Shown here: piece by piece, positions 53,152 through 64,000 of the stretch
Numbering within the stretch: position 1 is the stretch's first letter
Layout of the letters: each line of letters begins with the position of its first letter
Origin: Chrysomallon squamiferum
Taxonomy: Eukaryota; Animalia; Mollusca
Direction: 5' to 3'
NCBI GenBank assembly: GCA_012295275.1
Contig: CM022676.1
Location: 13,578,001 to 13,642,000 of the forward strand
DNA length: 64,000 bases
The notes under the pieces: generated by a model
The model's input: the letters and a program-made list of their open reading frames with translations, nothing else
Database searches by the model: none
Told to the model about the DNA's origin: nothing
Made by a program: the position numbers and the translations under genes

Positions 53152-56099
53152 CTTGAGATTGTCTAGTCTCTATATATGTAAGAATTGGAATCAGAAACAA
53201 ATATTAAATATATGTGTTAATCATTATAATAACTAAACTGCCTTTACTTGCCAATATATGAAAAAATTAAAGTTCTGTTTGACCATCCGTAATACTCTTT
53301 TATAGCAAAATACACGATGACGATCTTTTAAAAGTAGTTTTTAATCAAAGCTTTAAAGTTATGTAAATTAGCGGCCAAGATATATGGAATTTTGGGTGAC
53401 AAATACATTTCTAAAATGTTTCCGAAGGACAAGGTTATCCTATCTCTTTGACTCCTTGGGTTTCACTGACATCTGCAGGCATATATATATATGCTTCAAC
53501 CAAAACTCGGTGTTTGGGTCTTAGAAGAAGCGACAAGTGGGCGGTTGGACAGTCCGGATGTTCCCGTCAGTGAACTGGGAGATGAATGGACATAACTCTG
53601 AAATTTTGGTATTACTATTATAAGTTTGGCAGCGGGATATGATAAGATACTTTTCTAGCTTGCTTTTGATATCATCATTATAGTAATCTGTGTCATTTGT
53701 TTAATGTATTTGTTTAATGCATATAACATAATGTATCTTACAACTTACCTTAACGTAATTACTTTATTCTCCCATGACCGATTTAGTCTTTAATTATGAT
53801 TTAGCTGATTATGCTGTAGTTCAACATAAGTTTCCACACAATCGTATGTTATTTAGTACTATATATTTTCTTGTATATGATTACAAAATATATTTGTAAA
53901 TAAATATATAACTCAAACTGTAATCTTGCTGATGTGCTATTTATCCAGTGGATGTGTATTTTACCATCACGATAATAAATTACTGTACAATTTGAAATTT
54001 CTGACCTCTGGCATAGTGTTCTAAAAACCTATATCCTCTAGACGTGATAATGAGCACTTTAGGCACTGGCACCGTGACATAGTTCTTCGTATTCTTCATT
54101 GTGTCAGCTGTGCAATTTTAAATGTGTATCGAAATGAAGAAGAAAGGCATAATCTGCAAACAGTTGGATGTTATATTTAATCAACAAAATGATGAAGCTA
54201 CTGTAGTATGATTTCTTATTAACCATTATTTTACACGATTGCTTTGGCTACTTCTGGGGATTAGCGGGCCTTTAAAATTCAGGTTCGTATATTCTAGGGG
54301 AGATGTGGGGCAAACAGTCTCAAGGATTTATTATTATTATTTATAAGTCTCTATAAGTGTCAAATTCGGCTCTATGAAAGGAATGAGGAAAAGAAGACCG
54401 TACAGCCATCAGATATGTTCAATAAAAAATCTACGTGAGCCCCTATTGTACTAATACTGGGCTTCTTAAACAAGCCATATAATTTCTGTTGACCTGTAAT
54501 AAATACTTTTAATAAAGGAACCAAAACACGACTAATAAAAGACTGTTTTATATAATGTATCACTGTACAAAAAAAAAAAAAAAAAAAAAAGAAAATAATA
54601 ATAATAATTAAAAAATAATGACAATAATTAAAACGAGTTTATAATTCGAAAATTAAATTAAATTAGAGCAGTTATCCAATCAATAAATCAGCCAATCAGT
54701 CAGTCAATAAAATACTTTCAAACCATTTAAGAGTTTGTTTCTTCTGATAATTTTGGTAGTTATTTTACGAGCCCATTCTTAACTTAACGGCCTAAATGAT
54801 TTATTTGTGCATGTCCTAAAACTCATTTTGAACTTGACCTTCATTTAGTGATACGGAACATTCGTTGGACTCACGATATTACCAGTCCTACTAACATAAC
54901 CAATTTTATCAACAGAAATATCAACTAGTAACCGATACTAAGTCCGCCTGATTTTCAGTAGGCTTAGTCATTTATGATCAACCCCAGACATTCTCAGCTT
55001 CCGTAAATCATTTCTTTGCAACAATGTTAACAAAATCCAAAATCAGTTTAGCTGATTTTCTCAAACACAAGTTCTAATAATCAACCCCAACACCAAAGAT
55101 GTATTTTTTGTTTGTTTTTTTAATTCCTGGAACAAACATTTGTTTAAACTCAGCGCAATTTGCATCAATGCGATAAATCGGTTTCCGTTTTAAATATAGC
55201 AGTTTTGATTTCTTTCCTTTGAAACCTGCCTTTTTGATCGTTTTCTAATCTGCTATAAATTTAACAAATTAAAATGAAAAAGAATAAAGAGTAATTCGAT
55301 TTGGGGGTTGAGCGGAAATATATTTTGAAAAAGTCGGATTTGCGCGATAGGTACTGCTAATACTAACAATAACAATAACAACAACAACAACAACAGCAAC
55401 AAAGAAGAAATTTACTTCGAAACATCCTTGACTGCAAAATGTACTGACCAAAATATTCTTGTCCGTGAACAAAAAAGTATATAATTATATTCAGTTAAAC
55501 GTAATACTGGAATAATTGACGCAGTCAATCACAAGAATAACTTGGCTCACGAACTCATCCACTAGGCATACGTAAATGTTTTCCAAAAACCGCGTATGAC
55601 TAATATCACTTGATTATCATTATTTAAAAAAATGTATTTGTGTATTTTGGCGAAATGACACACCGTACAGTGGAGTACACCATAGCGGAAGTAGTAACTT
55701 AGATTTATGAGAACAGAAAGCAGCTATGTTCAGGGTAGAGGCGTACGTGCAGTTTCTTCTATGCGTTGGAATTTGTTCAGGTTAGTTATATACCACTCAA
55801 CATTATTATTATTAATATTATTATTATAAAAAAACACAGCGTCTTTCGCATTGGTATTACTCAATCACGAGTTGAATTATGCGTGAGCGGAGTACAGTAA
55901 AACTGTAAAATAGTTTTGAAATCAACCAAGGTAAGAAAAATACCCAGCTTCACAGACAAAAGGAAACAACAAAATGGACTGAATAATGTGTAGTATATGT
56001 ATTTCTACTTCAGTATACACAAACACTATATGTGTAGTACTTATACTTTTGAAATGGGAACTGGGTTAAAAATTATCAGAGGCCAGATTTGCCCTAATG

Positions 56100-57194
56100 A
56101 TTTGAGTTAAATTGAGCCCCCACATTCTTACGGTATTTTGGTCCTCAAATTTGTTGTACTGATTATTGCTATGTAATCATTGTCTACTGCTAATAATAAT
56201 TTGTCCTAATCATAATACAATATAGATTCAAAACTTCAATAAACTAAACTCCTTGACAAATATCACACAAGAATACAATATCTTTCAAGTCTGCACAAGC
56301 TGGGATTTCAAGGTTTGCGCATGGATGAAGACAGTACCAATTTGGGCACCCATAACATACTTTGAACTCATTGGAATTCATGCCATCATCAACTCTACCA
56401 CTGTCTTCACATTTTTCTTGTATAAGTACTACATCTTTGTCTTCTAGTTCAGGCTCGTCACCACTAAAGTTTTCTTAGACTGCATCCCCCAGTTCTGCTG
56501 TAGCATTCAAATTGAGCTGCTGTTTTTACTTTGGTATCTTCTGTTGATTTTTTTTGTTGTATTTTTGCCACTCTCAGGTTCACTCTCTCTGCCTTTTCTT
56601 CCTCCTTCCTCTTCTTCTCTGCCAACTTTTCTTCATTACTCTTGACACTTTCTTCTTCTGTCAGCGCCTCAGCATACCTCATCCTCTTGATTTTATTTGA
56701 AATTTGACGATGTGCCCACCCCGATGGACAATGGACTTTCGGTTGATTCAAAAAACTTAAATAAAACTCAGAATGGACTATATCAGTGCCAAAACTATTG
56801 ATTTCAGCACCACCTATGGGGGGCCAGAATTACCCCAAGTGGTGGAGTTAAATAAAACACACACTGCTTGCCTAATTACCACATACTAATCAAGTTTCTA
56901 AATAATTGATAATATATTTACCTGTTATAAGTTATGAGTAACCTTATGTCTATAGAACTAAAAAAATAACACTCACTTTTGAAACCTCAAAATGTACTTT
57001 TTTTGACAAGTTGTTGTTTTCACTACTTTCATTGCCACTATACGTGTAAATGGCTGAGAATCTACATCCTTTGTTCTAAAGAGAGATAGAAAGGTCCTAT
57101 TTATATCAACAAAGTTCCAGAAGCCTGTGCAGAACAATATAATGGCTGTAAGTCATAATATACCTTGGGGACAGAATTATCCCACCTTACCCTA
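56100..57194 (-). mobile_element. Internally deleted pogo/Fot1-like DNA transposon retaining the charged coiled coil and PHD-like C-terminus
   Basis: AEALTEEE...EKKRKEEEKAER, followed in another frame by FKVCYGCPNWYCLHPCANL...FLCDIC. The terminus TAGGGTAAGGTGGGATAATTCTGTCCCC is at ~57194, with a related subterminal motif at ~56820. Confidence 0.6.
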
Positions 57195-57621
57195 TGCTAC
57201 AATATAAACTCATTATTAATGCACATGTAGTGATGAAAACATGGTGTGTCTGGAACATATCTAAGTTTTTGTTTTACATTAATAATACTGCTGTTAATAC
57301 TTTTGTACCTGTTTATTTGGGGGTTAAGTTCTGACTGTTTTCAATGCTAATTATCCTTCTTAAAAAAGGGATTTGTTTAGTCACATAACTGGACATATTT
57401 TACATCAACTTCTTGTCTACTTCTTGTCACCAAAGGTTTTTACTTAATATTTTGCTCAAACTTTTTTGTTTTACTGCTAGTTTTGAAACAGAAAAAAACA
57501 ACAAAAAAGAAAAAAAAAAAAAAAAAAAAATCCCAGAACAAACAAACCAAACAGACATATAAAAGTGTGTAGATACACTTTCTCTTGTCAGGTTTGACAC
57601 AAGCAGCATGTTCTTAATAGA

Positions 57622-57676
57622 CGTTAATTACGAAAGAGTACAGTGTAACGTTAATTACGAAAGAGTACAGTGTAAC
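57622..57676 (+). repeat. Perfect 27-bp tandem duplication CGTTAATTACGAAAGAGTACAGTGTAA x2
   Basis: Directly visible. Confidence 0.9.
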
Positions 57677-59782
57677 TGAAATAACACTTGGGAAGTGGAC
57701 ATACAACTTTTTTTTTTTAAATCTGAAAATATAGAACTTGTTACTTCCAGGTAAGTATATTTATAAATTAATAACATTTTCCAATCATAGATCATTGCCA
57801 CTGACTTGACATTGTTTTGGTTACAAGGATGTCTTTCCATGTACACCGGTTATGGTGAAAGTATGGCTGCTTGTGGTAATGTTATGATTGGATTTGTTTT
57901 ATAAAATTTGTTTTGTAAATACATATAACATTAAAAAAACAGGATTGTAAAAGAAAGTAAAAACACTTATTTCCCTTGTTGTCCTAACAAACATTTATTC
58001 AGTTCTTACGTTGCTTAAATGGGTTTTGAATGTCCAAAATCAGTCATTGTCATTCCCATGGATTGTCATGGCGAATGAAAGTAATGAAAATAGCTCTCCA
58101 GTTTGACTGGATTAAACCATTATATATCCAGGAGTTATGGAGCTTACACAATAAGACTCAGATAACATTTTAAAAATATGATCACTATTGTGAAGTGTAT
58201 TAATTGTAAGAACTACTGTACTGACAGGTATGCACCAGACATGCGAAGTGATGACTACTGGCATGGTTGCAGGCACTGTGTAACGAGTGAATAAACAAAT
58301 TACACATGCTACACCATTAGTTAGCTTCATACAATTATCCTCTTGATGTCTGACCATATAGATTTTTTTGTAGACCCACTTTCTTGGTCATAACTCTAGG
58401 TCACATCATATAAATGATGTCACTGTACGATGCACTCACTACATTTACAATTATAACTAATGCTTACTTTTTCTTCTTTTAAACATATAATATATGTTTG
58501 ATTATTCTGAAAGGTTGATAGTACTCTGTGTATAATTGTTCTAAAAGTTCAAGTTAATAATTTTGAAAATCAAAGGAGATACAGGAGTATTTTTAGCCAT
58601 TACATCACTGCTCGATCACAGTAATTATTTGAATCAGAAGCTTTTAAAAAATAATAATAATAATAATACAAATAAGAAAAACAATAACAATAACAATAAT
58701 ATATAACAAACAGAAAAAAGCAAAAAAAAAAAAAATAAAAATAAATAAAAGAAAAACAGTCGATTTTTGGTATACTTCAAATGACTGTATATTTCTTATT
58801 TATTAATATTTTTTGATTATCTTACTCTTAGTATCATTTTCTTATTTGTTTAGTGCGAGTGTAAATAGAACCTAATCACCACAAATAACAGTACAGTAGC
58901 AACTTCATAACTACTTTATTGGTAGCAATGCTAACGAATATTTTTTTTTGTTTTTTTAATGAAGATTATTTTATACCAAATAACCAATTAAAAAAAAAAT
59001 AATCCCAAATTTAAATATACACCAAAAAACACTTTTTCAAGTTTTTGAAGACATTTATAATATGTGAAAAACATATCACATTTCATGGTTTTAAAAAATC
59101 CACTTTCCAGTATTTTGATGTTGTTATTGTTTTTCTTGTTTTTTTTTGTTTTTTTTTATAAAAGTCCACCTTATACTCACAAAACATTTATTTCAAGAGA
59201 TATCTTTATCAAATTTGCATTATCTATTCAATAAAGTATTATATTTATGAACACTTTAGCAGAGATAGACTTACTGAATTAAATACTGTTTTAGGCCTGT
59301 TTCAGGTGAACATAAGATCACAACCGAGTAAGTGTTGTGGTTCACAAACAGGTAATTTTTTCTAATATTTTAATGTTTATATCTGCAGATGACCATACAT
59401 TCCTGATGGGTTATTTTGCGCGAATTGGGCATTACCACTTTACTTCAGATGGTTATTAAACAATAAATATGGTGGTTACTTGTAAGAAGATAGGTCTAAG
59501 TGTTCCATTTAAATAATCTATGCAGCATAATGAGTTTTGTTTTTTACTAAAAAAAAAATCAGTTTTTTTCCCCCTAATATTCAGTTGTCATTTTTACTTA
59601 TTGCCCTCTTTTGCTTTATTGTCAGATTTTCCATTGCATCATTATAAGAAATTCCCTTAACAAAATAAGTTGATATTTGATCTCCTTCTGTTTCAAAACA
59701 AATAAATAAACATAACATTTTCAGGTTGGGAATTTGCCATTGCTTTAAAAAAAGGTGGTGACTGCCCCTAGAGGCCGTGAGC

Positions 59783-62700
59783 TTTGCTGTTATTAGCTAC
59801 AACTTGAACTGACAGAAGCCAAACTCCAAACAAAAGCAGAAATCAATATACTTAAGTGCTTTCCACTATGGTGTTGCCCCCCTTTTTTAATTAACTTTTG
59901 TATTTTTAATTTTTTTCTGTAATATCATTGGCAACATAAATAAAAAGAAGATAACTGCTCTCAGACCTAGAAAAACTGAATACTGACCTCAGTTTCTCTC
60001 TTACATGTAAAAAAACAACCACCCAAAAGCAAACAACTAACAGCAGTAACAAAACCCAGAAATGTACTTATGATTAATGGTGATAGACAAATGTTCATTG
60101 GAGGTAACATCAATCAGGAATTAACAGTTCATAGAGAGATGTTTATAGCAGGCAGAACATTTCAAAACACCTGGGCTGCTTGAGTTGATATAGTGGACTC
60201 AGGTAAAGAAAAGTCATTGTTAGTGATAGGAATTTGATCAATAGATGGATGACTGCAGGATACAGAAAATTACTGCAAACATGGATATCTAAGAGGGTAA
60301 TTCTGTTGAAGGTGGAACTGAGGTGCTAGCAATATATGCTGGCAGTTTCTCTGTTTGAAAGGTAACTCTGTAGCAGTCTCACAATTTCACACTAAAAAGA
60401 GATACTTCACTGCTGTAACCCTACAAACTTACTGACATTGCACCAGAAATCCTCAGCTGAAACTACAAGGCATCAGTTGATTTTGTTATTGTAGAGATAC
60501 ACAAGATCAGAAACCTCAGTTGCTGAGTAATAGGTTTTCTTCTGGTTGAGCCTTTAGATATTTCACTGTAGGGGTAGTTGTCATTACATAGCTCATGCTG
60601 CATTTGGATAGGGTTGATAAATGAAACTGGTATCTTAATATTGGGGAACTTGCCACATTAGGTCCACATTTCACCAGATGAAAGACCTCTTGAGAGAATT
60701 CATGAATTGAGGCAGCATTTGAAAGTTTATGGAGTTGTTGTACATCCCATAGGAACCTGGCATAGTAAGTCATATATCGGCTCATGAATGGTTTGTTCAG
60801 CCACAGGGTTCTTTTTTAAATTCTTAGCTCTGTCAATTTCTAGTTCCAAGCTGTGTTGCTCAAGCAGCTAATCATCCTTGAGTGCAATAAACCAGGAGCA
60901 GGTTCAAAATGAACTGCAGCAGTTGGCTTATCAAGTGGTTTAATTGACAACGAAGAACACTGATGACAACTCTAGTAAATGTTCAGATGAGTTGTCTATA
61001 TCAAGAGCATAGAACTAGAAATGCTAACACACCACAAGGTTCAGATTATGTTATGATTGGTCATCAAGTTGTAGTTGTAAAGCTGTGATAAAGCCATCAA
61101 GTGTTTCTAATGATACAGTATTGCATTCATGTACATACATATTAATGGTACAGTGCATTTTGCAAAGAGAAGACCATCTTTAGAAATGGATGCTACATTA
61201 AGATAACTTTTAATGTTTTTATTGTTTATGAGTTTCCTGGAAGGACACATCTGGACATTCTGACTGGAAAGATTGCCACGCAGTTCTGCTGTGTCTGGAA
61301 TGTTAAGATGCCCACTCATGGTATCCTGGATAGAAATACATTGAACAATTGAATGCTCTCTGTAAAGGGGCATGCTTTCCAAGATGTTTCAGTACACCTT
61401 GGCACAGCTTCTGAAAAGTTTGAATACAGGGTTTGCTGTCCTTAAGAATGCATGCCTTGTGTTTGGCTTGAATGACATACAGAGAGAAATGTGTTATGGC
61501 CACAGCAATTGATAAAGCCTCTATTTTACAATGTGAGGAGAGCATGTTTCTCTAGAAGCATTACACTGAAGAAAGCGGTAACATCCAGCCTACTAAAATA
61601 TAACATGAATGTCATTTTCTTTCACAGAGCCATTGATTACTATCCACAGATGATCATCAGTAATGTAATTGTTCGATTGGAGTGGAGAGCCACCTGAGCA
61701 GATGTACTAAGTGTCAGACCAATTGACTCTATCTTGAGTCTGTTTCTCTGCTTGTTCATTGTCAAGGGGTGTGATGTGGCTGGCTGAGTATGAGAGAACA
61801 CAAACTAGAGAAGGACTGAATACCATAAATTGTTTTGTGCAGAAGACATGAGGAGTTGGGGTGATAATACCTTGCTTTCACTTCCATTCAAAAATGATAA
61901 CATAAAGGATATTGGGCAGTAGTTTGATATTATTTATTTGGACAGCATCAAACACACAGTGCCAAGTAGCCAAAAGCCATCAGCTCTGCAATACAAATCA
62001 TTGGCCAACTTTATGACAACACCTTCCTGTAAGAGATGAGCAAAACTCCATGAGGGCAGTTTCAGGACTGGGTGCACCCATAGCGAATACATGCAAATTC
62101 CACTGAATGGTTTCACCACAACAAAGTACTTCATAGAGTGACTTGCCAAAGGAATCTGGTAGAATAAATGTGTAAGGTCAATTATATTTATGTACTTTGA
62201 CAATTCATGGCATTGAAAAAGTGCTTGAACATCTGGCACAAATGAAGGTTAAGGTTACATCTGTGAAAGATGTGACTAGCCAAAATTCTCCATTAGTTTT
62301 CTAAACTAGGAATGATAGGTTAAGCTATTCCATGGTGATATCTTTCATCAGAAGACTCCTAATTCTTCTAATTCATCAAATTTGTTCTGAGGATTGACTA
62401 CCTTGTCATGGGAATACCAAGAGATGTGGCCTTATGTTGAGGAGGTTGTACGGGGCTCTTGTTCACAACTGCCTGAACATACATTGATACGGCCACATAA
62501 TGGTGTTAGGAAGTGGATAACTGTCTAAGTGTTGTTCTATGACAAGATCATCATCACCAGTAGATATGGCCTGTTGGAGCTCCACTTCGATGTATGCACC
62601 TGGCCAGATAGTAGATAATATTTTTGGAGCATATAACACATTGGTACAACAAGCTGTGTGATGAGTATTAGTACTGTATGACCCATAGAGGTAAGTACTT

Positions 62701-63455
62701 TTTTTTCCAAAGATAATTTCAGTTTAGGATGATTAGATGGTCACATCATTTTGTTGTCAGCATAAAGTCCATCAAACAGGAATTTGTCATGGACAGCAGA
62801 ACCAGGTTTCATCTACAACTTTTCTACAGATTTCTGGTTTAATGGAGGACATAATTCTTGATAATAATTCAGTGTGATGATGTTGTGATAATGTTGTTGG
62901 TAAATCATTCTGAAATAATCAGAAAAACAAAGTTTTCCACTGAAGGAGATATCTCTTTGACCTCTTCAATCACTGATCCATGGTGGGTAGTGATACAGAT
63001 GTGATGTAGAAGATTGTTTTCCATGAAGGCAGACAGATGTTGGCTTTCTGTGAGGAGACTAAAAGCCATAATGAAGCTATATGACTTGCCGAATGCTGAC
63101 ACTTGGCCCAACGTAACTTCTATAATGGTAACCTTTTGCAAAGCATCATCTGTGATTTTGATATGTTTTAGGCATGCTTTTTATTGTTGCCATAACAACT
63201 ACCTCAATGCTATTTGCTGGGCTAGTCCTTTACAATTTGTGTGTACTCTAATACGAAGTATGAGTCAATCTTGGTGACATCACAACAATAGTAATAGAAT
63301 GTTAATGGCACATAATCTAATCATTATAGGTGACAGTAAAATATCAACTTCATTTGCTATTTTATTAGCCTTAACATGAACTAACAGAAGGTGAACTCCA
63401 AACAAAAGGAAAATAGAAATGTAAACCAATATACTTAAGACTTCATTGCTTTCCT
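59783..63455 (-). mobile_element. Decayed Gypsy LTR retrotransposon (RT, RNase H, integrase remnants) between direct repeats
   Basis: YINIIDLTHLFYQIPLASHSMKYF and KLANDLYC (RT); EALSIAVAITHF...KDSKPCIQ (RNase H). Direct repeats at ~59783-59866 and ~63353-63455 (gaact.acagaag..aactccaaacaaaag..caatatacttaag). Confidence 0.85.
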
Positions 63456-63581
63456 AACAATGAAACAGGTTTTGAAATTCTGAAGTTTGACAATGTTAAT
63501 GCTTATTTTTTGTCACTTGACCAATAAATAAAGGAAACGAAAATGTATGACTGAAATAAGGCCAAATAATTCACATTAAAA

Positions 63582-63612
<31 letters not shown>

Positions 63613-64000
63613 GAAAAGTGTTAGCCATTGATTTCACAGACAACTAGGGGGAACACAGGTCTGGAAAATGCAAAAGTCTGGCAAATTTTACTAAAACATT
63701 AAACTGTAGTGCACATAACAGCTTTATTATACTGTAATATAATAATGTAAGACCAAATTTGTTAGAATGGCTATGAGTGCAGATGTAAAATTTACTCTTA
63801 CCGTGAAGGAGAGTGGGTTAAGAGAGGGTTGCTTTGATTCTATAGTGGCACCAAGAATAATGTAATAGCACCTAAATATTCAGATTTTTCTCAAAAGTTT
63901 AGAAAATCAAGGTTTATGAACCTGAGGGTCAACAGTATATAAAACTATTGACTTTAACTCTGCAAACAAGAGGTAAAGTGAATCTGCAAATTTTCTAAAA

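Overview
AT-rich, intron-containing animal DNA (possibly a mollusc, inferred only from protein style), not a prokaryotic window. It has two 200-N scaffold gaps (6038-6237, 21730-21929) enclosing a ~15.5 kb array of a 53-bp satellite. The satellite is built from degenerate TTAGGG-like hexamers, and its minus strand reads as repeated GT..TACTAAC..AG mini-introns. From ~21.9 to 43.3 kb the minus strand carries a cluster of immunoglobulin-superfamily (IgSF) receptor exons, reconstructed here by eye from GT/AG boundaries, all phase-1. Gene A (37266-42565) is signal peptide, atypical V-like Ig, C2/I-like Ig, Ser/Thr stalk, TM and cytoplasmic tail. Locus B (21930-32261) has two tandem leader exons, two divergent intact V-like exons and eight C2/I-like exons. 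Most of those eight carry frameshifts, a stop, a truncation or an exon fusion, and the last runs into the gap. The rest of the window is mostly decayed transposons (Tc1, Sola-like, hAT, pogo/Fot1-like, two Gypsy remnants) and microsatellites. All coordinates were read manually and no database searches were run.
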